Origin: Planctomycetota bacterium
Lineage (GTDB): Bacteria; Planctomycetota; UBA8108; SXIK01
Length of the DNA: 64,000 nucleotides
Direction: 5' to 3'
Assembly (NCBI GenBank): GCA_965223265.1
Contig: OZ244999.1
Span: 3,040,001-3,104,000 of the forward strand
The translations under genes were made by a program, and so were the position numbers. The notes beneath the pieces were generated by a model that saw nothing but the letters and a program-made list of their open reading frames with translations, ran no database searches and was not told where the DNA came from. Below are positions 9,476 to 19,271 of the stretch, piece by piece; the stretch's first letter is position 1; each line of letters begins with the position of its first letter.

Positions 9476-12076
9476 ATGCAGGAACGAATTGGGACTCGGC
9501 GGCGCTTTGAGATTGGTTTGGCAAACTTGATTTCTCAGACATCGACGCGACGGGGCCCGCACCTGCCAGGCGATCTGTCACGAGCTGCGGTTGTGCGCGG
9601 CCTCTGTCTCGTCGGAGTGGTTCTCGGGGTTGTAGGAGCGGCACGGGCGAATGAGTCGCCGCAAGCGGAACTCGACTTTGTCTTCGTTGAACGACCGCTC
9701 GGAGTAGCGACCCCGGGGGGCTGGGTGGCATCCTCGTCCACCGTCGTCAACACCGTATGGGGAAGCCGTCTGACGCGACACCTCTCTAGCGGTGAGGTCC
9801 GCGTCTTGATCGACGGATCCGTCACGGACGAAAGGCGCAATGACATTCCGTTCGACGTCATGCAGCCGGACATCTCCTACGACGGCAAGAACATTGTTTT
9901 CGCTGGCCTTTCACCGACGGAGAACGCTTGGCGCATCTACACGGTCTCCGTCGACGGCAGCGGCCTGCGCCGACTGACGCGGTCGGATCGCCAGCTCGAT
10001 CTGTCGCGTTTCGGGAATCTTGCGACTGACTTCGAACACTACGACGATCTCGACCCGTGCTATCTCCCAGACGGTCGAGTTTGCTTCGTGTCGACGCGCT
10101 ACCCTGGCCCTGCCCCAAACGGCCGGCGGCGAACGACGAATCTTTACGTCATGGACGGAGATGGATCCGGTCTTCACCGCATCACGACAGAGCGTTTCGG
10201 TGCGGAGACTCCGGTCGTTGATCCGATGACGGGTCGCATCGTCTATTCACGCTGGTGGCGATCGCCGCCGGCGTCAACGCGCCGGGTGAGGCACGGCTCG
10301 AACGATTACACCGGTGTTGCCACACAACTTCCTGAGGGTACGATCCTCAGCGGCGTTGACGAAGACGCGTTCTCTGGCGTCAATCATTGGTTCTTGGCGA
10401 GTGTTCGCCCCGACGGCGATGGCCTGCGCATGTTTCAAGGCGGCGGACTCGATCGTAACGTCGCAACGGTGTACGATCCGAGCTTTCTTGCCGACGGCAG
10501 AGTGATCGCACTGGCGCTGCCGCGGACACCCCAACTGGGGAAGCCGGAGAAATCACACTTCCGTCGGCTCCAACGTACGGCGTCGGAGGTCACCTCCTTC
10601 GGCTTTCAGCCAGCGCGATTCTCGGGCGGGGCAGCCGTCGACGAGACTCATATTTTGGTGAGTGAGCTTGAGGCTGGCCCTGCGGGGTCGTACGGCATCT
10701 ATCTCCTAGAGTTCGCGGACGATCCAGCGGCAATCACAACGGAGAAAGTCGTCGGTGTCGGGGGAATGGACGCGCTCGATCCGGTTTTGGTGCGAGTGCG
10801 ACCGCAGCCACCTGCCTTGCCAGAGTCAACAGTGACGCCGCGAGGGGGCGACGGTCGTGCGGTCGATTTCATCCCGAACACTGTGAGCGAAGCGTTTCGT
10901 CGCGGAACGTTTCGTTTCTTGTGCGAAAACGTTTTTGGTAATGCCCCCGTGGATGAGCCGATGACGCACTCGCCTCCAGCCGGCAAGCGACTCTTCATCG
11001 AGTTTTATATGAATCCGCAGCGCACTGACGCGGAAGGCAACGACGAACCACTTCTCATCCGGCGGCAGGAAGTTGCCGCCGATGGACGTATCGACGTCAC
11101 CCTGCCAGCGGACGTTCCTCTCTTTGAGATCTTGCGCCGGCCTGATGATCGCCTCGGCGTCGGGCGAGATGGGCAAGTCTTTCACGTCGCCGGCCACAAT
11201 TTCGGAGCACCCGGGACGACCGCACGATGCATCGGTTGCCATGCCGGACACACTCGGCTTGACGTGCCAGCGGAACCGATCTGGACGAACCTTGCACCGA
11301 GTGCGCGCGCGACGGCGTCGAGCTCCAACGAGATTCCGGGCAGCAATGATCGATGGCGACCAGCGCCGCGCGTCACTCCCCCGAGCGTGAACGATCGGCA
11401 GACGGATACGCGCTGGGAGGCCGAGCCACGGCGAGATGGTTCTGGGCCAGCAGCCGATGACGTTCGTCTGTCGCTGCGCTGGGCAACGCCGATTCTGGCG
11501 CGTGAGGTCGTCGTTTACGGCGTGCCGAGCGACAACGCAACGACGACCCAGCCGACTGACGCCGTGGTGCACCGGTTCTCGGTCGTAACCCGCCTGGGCG
11601 GTGTCGAGATCCAGCGACGCGTGGTCAGGGACGCAGCAACTCCCGATGGGTTGCGTATCGGCGTCGACCCGTCGCGAGCCATCGACGAGGTTGAACTGGA
11701 GATCGACGCCGCCGACGTCACTGGGCATGTTCGCGGCGTCCCTGGCGTGCCGGCACTTGCCGACATCGAAGTGGTCGCACGCGTGGTGCCGGACACGGAG
11801 CCAGCGTCCCTCTTCATCCGTAGCGATGCGAACTGCGACGCCAGCGTCAGCCTTGCCGACGCGGTCGCGACGCTTAACTTCCTGTTCCGCGGCGAGGGAC
11901 CGCTTTGCTGCATCGCTGCAGCGGACACTGACGCCGACGATCGCGTCAACATTAGCGACGCGATTTATACCCTCACGTATCTGTTCGCGTTCGGCGAACC
12001 CATCGCGGAGCCGTTTCCGTTTTGCGGCCGAGCCACCGAAGGTGAGCTGTCGTGCGACGAGCACACGTGCCGCTAA
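9476..12076 (+). CDS. Hydrazine synthase alpha (HzsA)-like / TolB-propeller secreted protein with CxxCH motif, discoidin-like region and dockerin-like C-terminus
   Basis: 'PDISYDGKNIVFA', 'DDLDPCYLPDGRVCFVSTR', 'RIVYSRW' and 'ADGRIDVTLPADVPL..CIGCH', then 'NLAPSARATASS' and the terminal 'FIRSDANCD..PFPFCG' domain. The true start may be downstream. Confidence 0.8.
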   Translation: MQERIGTRRRFEIGLANLISQTSTRRGPHLPGDLSRAAVVRGLCLVGVVLGVVGAARANESPQAELDFVFVERPLGVATPGGWVASSSTVVNTVWGSRLTRHLSSGEVRVLIDGSVTDERRNDIPFDVMQPDISYDGKNIVFAGLSPTENAWRIYTVSVDGSGLRRLTRSDRQLDLSRFGNLATDFEHYDDLDPCYLPDGRVCFVSTRYPGPAPNGRRRTTNLYVMDGDGSGLHRITTERFGAETPVVDPMTGRIVYSRWWRSPPASTRRVRHGSNDYTGVATQLPEGTILSGVDEDAFSGVNHWFLASVRPDGDGLRMFQGGGLDRNVATVYDPSFLADGRVIALALPRTPQLGKPEKSHFRRLQRTASEVTSFGFQPARFSGGAAVDETHILVSELEAGPAGSYGIYLLEFADDPAAITTEKVVGVGGMDALDPVLVRVRPQPPALPESTVTPRGGDGRAVDFIPNTVSEAFRRGTFRFLCENVFGNAPVDEPMTHSPPAGKRLFIEFYMNPQRTDAEGNDEPLLIRRQEVAADGRIDVTLPADVPLFEILRRPDDRLGVGRDGQVFHVAGHNFGAPGTTARCIGCHAGHTRLDVPAEPIWTNLAPSARATASSSNEIPGSNDRWRPAPRVTPPSVNDRQTDTRWEAEPRRDGSGPAADDVRLSLRWATPILAREVVVYGVPSDNATTTQPTDAVVHRFSVVTRLGGVEIQRRVVRDAATPDGLRIGVDPSRAIDEVELEIDAADVTGHVRGVPGVPALADIEVVARVVPDTEPASLFIRSDANCDASVSLADAVATLNFLFRGEGPLCCIAAADTDADDRVNISDAIYTLTYLFAFGEPIAEPFPFCGRATEGELSCDEHTCR

Positions 12077-12155
12077 CGCGATATTCGTTGCGACTCGTTC
12101 CGTTGCTGCAGATGTCGACGCAGGTGCGACAGACGAACTGAAAAAGGCGTGGCCT

Positions 12156-12678
12156 TCACTCGCAAGGAGAATCCACACAGCTGAGGAGTAAGTCGCCTGG
12201 TGACACCATCTCACCGCATTCCGGAAATGGCGCGCCAGGTGGTGCGCTACTCGCGAATACGAATCTAAGGATGGAGATCGCGTCGGAGAGGTCGCCTTCG
12301 ACGCGGCCGTCGGTGTTGGCGCCGCACGCAGCGCGGCACGCCGGTGTTTCACCGCCTGCGAAGTTCGCAGCTAGAAGAAAGAGCGCGTCGTCAAGCCCCG
12401 CCGGGACGCCGTCGCCGTTACAGTCACCGCGGCGAAACTGAATCGGTGTCACGCAGGCGCTCTCGTAGGCGCCGATATCGACCGCGTCACCACAGCGGCG
12501 TAGATTTCCATTCAGATCGACATCGATCGCCGCCGCGCTGGCCGACGGGCCAGCGTCGATCGCCGGCGAGTCGACTTGCAAGCGATAGTCCCCGGCGTCC
12601 ACAACGAAACCGAAACTTGGGAAGCGCCGTTTGAAGTCGAAGATTCCGCGGCGGACGAAGCGTGGAGAGCCGTTCCCT
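12156..12678 (-). pseudogene. Orphan C-terminal remnant of a beta-helix/dockerin gene, paralogous to the 3' end of 4261-8853
   Basis: 'PRFVRRGIFDF..GDYRLQVDSPAIDAG..RRCGDAVDIGAYESAC..QFRRGDCNGDG..SPCE*' is colinear with the last ~180 aa of the large protein. Similarity is lost upstream of ~12678 and there is no convincing start. Confidence 0.7.
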
Positions 12679-13000
12679 CGTGTCAACCCGAGAGCTAACG
12701 CTAAGAGCGCGTCGGGGCAAAGACGGGTGTCGACGACGCGTTGTTGCAGTGGGGAGCGAAACGGACGCCCGCAGTCTTCGTGGTCCCACGCCCACGCCCA
12801 CGCAATCGGTCTTGAAGCGCTTCTCTTTCGCAACATTGGGGTCCCACACCGACTCCGACCCCACAGACCCTTCCTCCCGCATGCGATCGCGTCTATAGTC
12901 GGACGGGTCAGCCGCCTCCGGCTGCGGCAGCCTTTCGATCAGCCGGACGATTTCCGACTCAGTCACGCCAAGATTCGACCGTCGCTACAAGGCTACTGTT

Positions 13001-13399
13001 ATGCAGCGCCTCGATCACGTCGCCTTCGAAGTCTCCGACATGGACGCATCCATCCGATTCTATGCGGGGAAACTCGGTCTCAAGCTGCGATTCGACAAGG
13101 TCGACGCGGAGCATGGCGAGCGATTCGCTTTTTTTGATCTCGACGGCGCCGCACTCGAACTCGTCTCCCGCCTTGGAGCCGAGCCCTACACTCGAAGGAT
13201 GCCGCAACCGCCTTACTGTCCTCACGTCGCTCTGGCCACGGACGACATCGACGCGACGGTGCGCTTTCTGCATGAGCGCGACATACCCATGCTCAAAGGG
13301 CCCATGGAGATTCGTGGCCAGGTGAGGTGGATCTACGCTTCGGATCCCGATGGCAACGTGATCGAGTTCGTCGAATGGTGCGGGGCGACGGATTCGTAA
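13001..13399 (+). CDS. VOC (glyoxalase/bleomycin resistance) family protein
   Basis: 'LDHVAFEVSD..FY', 'LELV', 'HVALATDDID', 'DPDGNVIEF'. Confidence 0.92.
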   Translation: MQRLDHVAFEVSDMDASIRFYAGKLGLKLRFDKVDAEHGERFAFFDLDGAALELVSRLGAEPYTRRMPQPPYCPHVALATDDIDATVRFLHERDIPMLKGPMEIRGQVRWIYASDPDGNVIEFVEWCGATDS

Positions 13400-13477
13400 C
13401 TGCAACGCGCCGAAGCCGGATTCGAAGGCGCGCGCGCTGGCTGCACCGGCTTCCCAGGAGGTGAAACCTCGATCGCC

Positions 13478-14380
13478 ATGAGAATTGATCACGTCACCCT
13501 GGCCGGACCGTCGCTTGTAGACCTGCGACGTCGGGTCCAAGCGAGTGGGCTCCCGACCGAATACGGTGGTCCTCACTCCAATGGCGTCACGCACATGGAT
13601 CTTCTGGGGTTTCTCGACGGATCCTACCTTGAGTTGATCTCGAAGGTTGAGGGGAGTCGCGACTTCTCGCCGCTGTGGAATACCGCGATCGAACGCAGCG
13701 GGGGGCCGTGCGCCTGGGCCGTCCGCGTCGAGGACATCGATGCCGAGGTGAACCGTCTGCGCGGTCGCGGCGTGCCCGTCGCGGGCCCGGAACCCTATTT
13801 CCGCGAGCGACCCGACGGTCAGCGCGTTGAGTGGCGTCTGGCGTTTCCCGGTGAGGGTGATCCCGGGTCGGTGCTGCCGTTTTTGATTGAAGACACGACC
13901 CCCCGCGCGCGTCGCACCATGCCATCGACGGTGCTCGAGTCGTGGGCAGCCGATGATGTGTCTCCCTGCCGCGTCACCGGTGTGGCCGCCGTCGTCCTCG
14001 CGGTCCGTGACATCGAGGCCACGATCGGGCTTTTTCGCCTTGCCTACGATGTGCCGCCGCCGCGGTTTCACGCGGGTGTTGCCGCATTCGATGAGATTCC
14101 CGTCATTCTCGAGACCGTGGTCGCCGCCTTGGATGCGACAGAGGAAGCTGGTGTGTCGCGCAGCATCACGGCTCGTTTGACGGAGTTCGGCGATGCACCC
14201 AGTCGTTTTCTTCTTGGCGTGAATTCGCTCAAGACTGCTCGCGGACGCTTAAAGCTCAGCCGACCCGTCGTGTCATGGGCGGGACGTAGCGTCGCTTGGC
14301 TTGATCTGGATGCGGACGTCACCGCACGGTTTTCAGAGCTGCCGTCGATTGGGTTCGTTGAGGGACGCTCTGCAGAGTGA
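13478..14380 (+). CDS. VOC family protein (glyoxalase-like, Glyoxalase_3 type)
   Basis: 'RIDHV', 'GGPHSNGVT', 'DGSYLELI', 'RPDGQRVEW', 'LPFLIED'. GGAGG RBS upstream. Confidence 0.88.
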   Translation: MRIDHVTLAGPSLVDLRRRVQASGLPTEYGGPHSNGVTHMDLLGFLDGSYLELISKVEGSRDFSPLWNTAIERSGGPCAWAVRVEDIDAEVNRLRGRGVPVAGPEPYFRERPDGQRVEWRLAFPGEGDPGSVLPFLIEDTTPRARRTMPSTVLESWAADDVSPCRVTGVAAVVLAVRDIEATIGLFRLAYDVPPPRFHAGVAAFDEIPVILETVVAALDATEEAGVSRSITARLTEFGDAPSRFLLGVNSLKTARGRLKLSRPVVSWAGRSVAWLDLDADVTARFSELPSIGFVEGRSAE

Positions 14381-14621
14381 GTCGATCGTCGAGCGTCGCT
14401 GGTTACGTCTGATTGCGGGTCCCGCGTGGGAAACAGCCATGGAAAGCTCAGGTTAGTGCTTCGTTGAGGCGAACGCGGCGACTTGATGCTGTATGCTGGT
14501 AAGGTCGCGGCGTCGTGCAACGTCCAGGCTCAGTGTGAACAGCGCGGCTAGCGGGCGTAAGAATGGGAGCGATACACCGTGAGTGATTGCGTGATGAGGT
14601 TCGACCGAGGACGATGAAGAA

Positions 14622-17288
14622 GTGGCGATGAGAAATTCTCGTCACGTGGTTGCTCAGAAAAGTCCGCCGCTCGGCCTTTTCGCCTGCGTGCTTACCGCCG
14701 TTTTGCTCAGCGCCGCGGGGTGGATCACCGCCGCCGATCCGCCGCCGCGCCCACCCGCTGAGTTTCTCGCCCGACCTGTCGGTACCGACTTCAAGCTGGC
14801 GGACTGGAGTCAAATCGTCGGCTACATCGAAGAACTTGACGAGCGTAGCCCCGCGGTGCGCGTCGAGCGAGTCGGCAAGACGACGGAGGGGCGAGATCTC
14901 CGCATCGTCATCATCTCCAGTCCGCAGAATCTTGAGCGACTCGATGAACTGAAGGCGATCTCGAAGCGACTTGCTGACCCGCGCGGACTTAAGCGCGCGG
15001 AACGCGATGCGTTGATCGAGCAGGCGCGACTCTTTCTCTTTATCTCGGCAACGATCCATTCCACTGAGGTCGCAGCGGCGGAGATGTCGCTGCAGCTGGC
15101 GTACGACTTGGCAACGAAACATGCCGAACCGTGGGCGACCACACGCCGCGAAATGGTCGTCGTGCTGATTCCGAGCGTCAACCCAGACGGACTAGAACGC
15201 GTCGTGCGCTGGTACCGAAAGATCCGCGGCACGCCGTACGAAGCGGCCCGTCTCCCTGAGCTCTATCAGACCTACGCGGGCCACGACAATAACCGCGACT
15301 GGTTTCTTCTCTCGCTAGCGGAGACGCGTATCGTGACGCGCCTGCTCTACCGTGAGTGGTTTCCACACGTCTACTGGGATGTTCACCAACAAGGTCCGTA
15401 CCGCGAACGTCTCTTCGTGCCGCCGTTTCGCGACCCTCTCAATCCCAATCTCGACCCTGAGATCATGGCTGCAATTGGCACGCTTGGGGCGCGCATGATG
15501 TACGATTTGACACAGGCTGGGTTCAGCGGCGTCGCCACGGGCGTGACCTACGACATGTGGTGGAACGGAGGCAACCGCAACGTCCCAGTACGCCACAACA
15601 TGATTGGTTTCCTTTCGGAAGCTGCTTCGGCGAACCTAGCGAGCCCTCTGTTTATTCCAAGAGAGCGTCTTGAAGGCCCGCGAGGGTTGAAGAACGGATA
15701 CGCGGCGTCCAATCAGTTCCCGAAACCTTGGCCGGGGGGGTGGTGGCGCGTCGGGGACATCGTGAAGTACGAGCTCGCGTTGGCGGAGTCCATCCTCGGT
15801 AGCTTGTCGCGTGAACCTAAATTGTTCATGAGTACGACAGCCGCCGCGGCGCAGCGTGCCGTTGAGCAGGGCGAGAAGGATGTGCCGCGCACATGGTTGA
15901 TCCCATCACCTGCGGGCGACCGAGGGGGCTTGAAGCGCATGATCGCGACGCTACTCGACGGCGGTGTCGAGGTGGACGTAGCGCTGGAGGGGTTCACCGT
16001 CTCCGGTCGACCTTTCAGGCGCGGAACCGCCGTCGTACGGCGAGCTCAACCGTACGGTAACTACGCGAAGGATCTCCTCGAGTTGCAGCAGTATCCCGAC
16101 GGGCTACCTCCGTATGATGTGACCGGCTGGACGTTGCCGCTTTTGATGGGGGTGACGGTGATCGCCATGAATGAGGCGCTCGAAGTGCCGACGCGGCGCG
16201 TCGAGTCAGCACAGGACCTGCTCGCCCTGCGCCCCAAAGGGGTGCGGCTGAGCTCGCCGTTACATCTGGATGGTGCAGATTCTGATAGCTACCGTGGCGT
16301 GATCACGCTTTTGCAAGCACGCTTGCCGCTCCTCTTCGATGCCCGTCCGGACAGCGCTGTTTCGGGTAGCTGGATTCTTCCTGGAAAAAAGAGCCAGCGC
16401 GAGGAGGCGCTCGCGCATCTTCGCGAGCTTGGGCTCGAGGTTGACGGTGACGTCGCCTCGCCGCTCACACTCTCAGCGGATGACGCTGCCGTATCACGAG
16501 ATCTTTTGATCAAGCTCGAGAGGTTACCGCGGGTTGGATTGTACGCGCCGTGGACCGCGAACAAGGACGAAGGTTGGCTTCGCTGGATGTTCGATCGATT
16601 CGACCTGCCTTACGTGACAATGCGTAACGAACAGATGCGCAGCCACAATCTACACGAGCTCGTCGACGTCATTGTCGTTCCCAGCGTCAGGCCTGACGTG
16701 CTGCGCGATGGCCGTCATGAAGGTGAAGTATTCCCGCAGTACGCCGGAGGTATAGGACGCGCTGGCGCGGTTGCGTTGGACGCCTTCGTTCGTCGTGGCG
16801 GCACACTGATCTGCATTGACGAATCGACCCTCTATGCCATCGAGCTCTTCGACCTGCCACTCACAGACGCCACAGCGAGTCAGGATGAGACGTCGTCGTT
16901 TAGCTGTCCCGGTTCCATATTGAGGACGGTTACTAAATCAGCGTCGCCGTTCGTCGTGTCGCTTCCGACGTCTCAGCCCGTTTACTTTTCAAGCTCTCGT
17001 GCGTTTCGCGTTGACGAGCTCCAACCCAACGCCGGGATGGTCCTTCTTGAGTATCCCAGGGACAATATTTTGCTCTCGGGCTACCTCGGTGGCAGTGACG
17101 AGATTGCGGGGACGGCGGCATGGGTTAGGACGCCTGTTGGCGACGGGGCAGTGCATCTCTTCGGGTTCCGGCCGCACTATCGTTCGTGGACTCAGACCAC
17201 GTTCAAACTGCTCCTGCGCGCGATTCTTCTGGACGCGCCGACGTTCATCGGCGAGCGTGAGGCTGCAGAAGCGAACACCAAAGAGTGA
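14622..17288 (+). CDS. Secreted M14 zinc carboxypeptidase family protein
   Basis: Signal peptide, 'GKTTEGR', HSTE zinc motif, 'NPDG', 'DNNRD' and 'DVHQQ', with a C-terminal GATase-like region. Confidence 0.88.
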   Translation: MAMRNSRHVVAQKSPPLGLFACVLTAVLLSAAGWITAADPPPRPPAEFLARPVGTDFKLADWSQIVGYIEELDERSPAVRVERVGKTTEGRDLRIVIISSPQNLERLDELKAISKRLADPRGLKRAERDALIEQARLFLFISATIHSTEVAAAEMSLQLAYDLATKHAEPWATTRREMVVVLIPSVNPDGLERVVRWYRKIRGTPYEAARLPELYQTYAGHDNNRDWFLLSLAETRIVTRLLYREWFPHVYWDVHQQGPYRERLFVPPFRDPLNPNLDPEIMAAIGTLGARMMYDLTQAGFSGVATGVTYDMWWNGGNRNVPVRHNMIGFLSEAASANLASPLFIPRERLEGPRGLKNGYAASNQFPKPWPGGWWRVGDIVKYELALAESILGSLSREPKLFMSTTAAAAQRAVEQGEKDVPRTWLIPSPAGDRGGLKRMIATLLDGGVEVDVALEGFTVSGRPFRRGTAVVRRAQPYGNYAKDLLELQQYPDGLPPYDVTGWTLPLLMGVTVIAMNEALEVPTRRVESAQDLLALRPKGVRLSSPLHLDGADSDSYRGVITLLQARLPLLFDARPDSAVSGSWILPGKKSQREEALAHLRELGLEVDGDVASPLTLSADDAAVSRDLLIKLERLPRVGLYAPWTANKDEGWLRWMFDRFDLPYVTMRNEQMRSHNLHELVDVIVVPSVRPDVLRDGRHEGEVFPQYAGGIGRAGAVALDAFVRRGGTLICIDESTLYAIELFDLPLTDATASQDETSSFSCPGSILRTVTKSASPFVVSLPTSQPVYFSSSRAFRVDELQPNAGMVLLEYPRDNILLSGYLGGSDEIAGTAAWVRTPVGDGAVHLFGFRPHYRSWTQTTFKLLLRAILLDAPTFIGEREAAEANTKE

Positions 17289-17701
17289 GATCAGTGCCAG
17301 AGAGACCCCACACCTCATCGTCTGAGGCGACCCCTGCGACAGGCACGACGCCAGCCTCTGGTGTCGTCGGAAAGCTTGGGATTGACGTGGCCGCGAGGCA
17401 CATCTTCCTCTGCTGCGATCAAACCAAGCCTAAGTGCTGTCACAAGGATCGCTCACTGGAAGCCTGGAATTATCTCAAGGCACGTTTGAAAGAACTCGGC
17501 CTTGCTGAGCGTGGTGGCGTCCAAAGGACGAAGGCGAACTGCCTCCGCATCTGTGAGGAAGGGCCGATCGCTGTGATCTATCCCGAGGGGGCGTGGTATC
17601 GTCACTGTGACCCGGAGGTTTTGGAGCGTTTGATCCAGGAACATCTGATCGAAGGTCGCGTCGTCGAAGATCATCTGATCGTGTTGCGCCCTTTGAGCTG
17701 A
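17285..17701 (+). CDS. Thioredoxin-like [2Fe-2S] ferredoxin
   Basis: '[42 protein letters not shown]'. GTGA overlap with the peptidase stop codon. Confidence 0.9.
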   Translation: MRSVPERPHTSSSEATPATGTTPASGVVGKLGIDVAARHIFLCCDQTKPKCCHKDRSLEAWNYLKARLKELGLAERGGVQRTKANCLRICEEGPIAVIYPEGAWYRHCDPEVLERLIQEHLIEGRVVEDHLIVLRPLS

Positions 17702-18013
17702 CGAAAGCCTTCGCAGCCTCCGGTTACGGTCCCGAATGAATTCGCGCGATGTGTGAATTCGGGGCATTCGACGCGGTCGCCGTCTCGACGTCTAAGAGTT
17801 GGACGTAGCGGTTTTTTCCCGTTCACTTTCAGCCGCTGGCGTGACGTCAAGCGAGATCTCGACTTACGCAATCTGCTCGAAAAGTTCAAAACGATTCCAC
17901 TGTTGCTGCGTTGAAGTCCTCTGCAGGGACCTGTAGTAGATCCGACCAGCGACGGCTGGCGTGGTAGTCTTTGGCAGTCAGCTTCCACTCATCGTGAAGA
18001 GAACGGAGGAATC

Positions 18014-18532
18014 ATGCGTACTTTTCTGCTGATCGCGGCCTGTAGTCTTTTGGGTTCACCGACGATCCTATGGTCGCAGGATGATGCCGAGGGTGTACGT
18101 GATCGCCGCGAGGATGCGCGTGACCGCCGCGAGGACGTGCGTGACCGCCGCGAGGACGTGCGTGATCGCCGCGACGACGCCGTGCGGGAGCGGCAGATTC
18201 GCCAGCTTGATCGTCAGATCGAGCATCTTCAGGAAAAGGGTGCCAATCCGACGGCCATCGCTAAACTGAAAGCGAAGCGAGCGCGTCTTGTGGAGGGTGC
18301 CAAGCGCGACCGTCGCGAGGACGTGAGAGACCGCCGCGAAGATATTCGTGACCGTCGCGAGGACGTGAGAGATCGCCGCGAAGATGTTCGTGACCGTCGC
18401 GAGGACGCCCGGGAACGCCGCGAGGAGAAAAAAGCTGGCAAGGACCAAGCGCGCGGTGGGAAAGACAAAGCCAAGCGCAGCAAAGCAAAGAAGACGCGCG
18501 GCCGCTCAGGCGGTAGCCAGTCCCGCCGTTGA
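18014..18532 (+). CDS. Secreted charged heptad-repeat (DRREDVR) protein
   Basis: GGAGG RBS, signal peptide, two blocks of DRREDxR repeats and a Lys/Arg-rich tail. Confidence 0.8.
   Translation: MRTFLLIAACSLLGSPTILWSQDDAEGVRDRREDARDRREDVRDRREDVRDRRDDAVRERQIRQLDRQIEHLQEKGANPTAIAKLKAKRARLVEGAKRDRREDVRDRREDIRDRREDVRDRREDVRDRREDARERREEKKAGKDQARGGKDKAKRSKAKKTRGRSGGSQSRR
18101..18427 (+). repeat. 21-bp coding tandem repeat in two blocks (about 4 and about 5.5 copies) encoding DRRED[VAI]R
   Basis: Units such as gaccgccgcgaggacgtgcgt lie at ~18101-18181 and ~18308-18427, with synonymous variation between copies. Confidence 0.9.
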
Positions 18533-18614
18533 TTCTCCACCAACGCGCACGAGAACGTCGGCCGACCGCTTCAGGCAAGAGGCGGTTCGCCGACGTTCGC
18601 GTTGGCACTGGTCT

Positions 18615-19271
18615 CTACCGCGTCCCGTCCGATCGTTTCCCCGGATTTTTCGGCGGGCAATGTTCGCGCGGCGCGTACTTTTGCAGTTTTCGCTGCAGGG
18701 AACGACGGTGAATGCCAAGGCGTCGCGCCGCCCTGCTCACGTTGCCGCCACAGTCTGACAACACGCGTTGGATGTGCTCCCACTCCGCTCGCGCGAGAGT
18801 CGGCGCCTGGTATTCGGATGTTGGCTCTAGAGGTGCCTTCTCTTCACGTGTGAATGCGGCAATGATCTCGTCTGCATCTGCCGGTTTGGAGAGGTAGCCG
18901 GCAGCACCCAATCGCATCGCCTCGACGGCTGTTGCGATGCTGCCATAACCGGTGAGCACTATGACGCGTGTGGAGGCGTCGATGCGGCGTAGATCGCGCA
19001 GCAGTTCAAGTCCCGATTCACCAGGCATGCGAAGATCGATGACCGCGAGCTCTGGCGACTCCTCGCGGGCAGCGGCGCGCGCAGCAGAGGGATGAGCTGC
19101 TTGGCGAACGTCGTAGCCACGACGCTGAAGTGATCGCGCCAAACGTTCACGAAAGATGTCGTCGTCATCAACGACCAGCAGGGTGCGCGCTTCGGTAGAC
19201 GGGTGTGCCCCCAAGCCCTTAGAATGGGCTTCACCCGCGATCACCGGGGCAGCGTCAACTGGCGCTCTCAA
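18615..19271 (-). CDS. regA: RegA/PrrA/ActR family response regulator
   Basis: Receiver domain (LLVVDDD..DLRMP..LTGYGSIATAVEA..KP) followed by the Fis-type HTH 'EWEHIQRVL..GNVSRAARRLGIHRRSLQRKL'. Start uncertain. Confidence 0.9.
   Translation of the reverse strand: MRAPVDAAPVIAGEAHSKGLGAHPSTEARTLLVVDDDDIFRERLARSLQRRGYDVRQAAHPSAARAAAREESPELAVIDLRMPGESGLELLRDLRRIDASTRVIVLTGYGSIATAVEAMRLGAAGYLSKPADADEIIAAFTREEKAPLEPTSEYQAPTLARAEWEHIQRVLSDCGGNVSRAARRLGIHRRSLQRKLQKYAPREHCPPKNPGKRSDGTR

Noticed and set aside
9476-12076. True hydrazine synthase (anammox)
   Set aside because: Only one CxxCH, extra C-terminal domains, and no hzsB/hzsC neighbours.
10826-12352. Long antisense ORFs (also 817-1686, 12959-14071, 24409-25587, 30676-31788, 34642-35832)
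   Set aside because: These are shadow ORFs opposite well-supported genes in GC-rich DNA, with no recognisable motifs.
17697-17770. Hammerhead ribozyme (CTGACGA)
   Set aside because: No matching stem II followed by GAAA. The CTGA is the ferredoxin stop, and only a simple hairpin follows.
18101-18427. CRISPR or non-coding repeat
   Set aside because: The 21-bp units are in frame with third-position variation, so this is a protein repeat.
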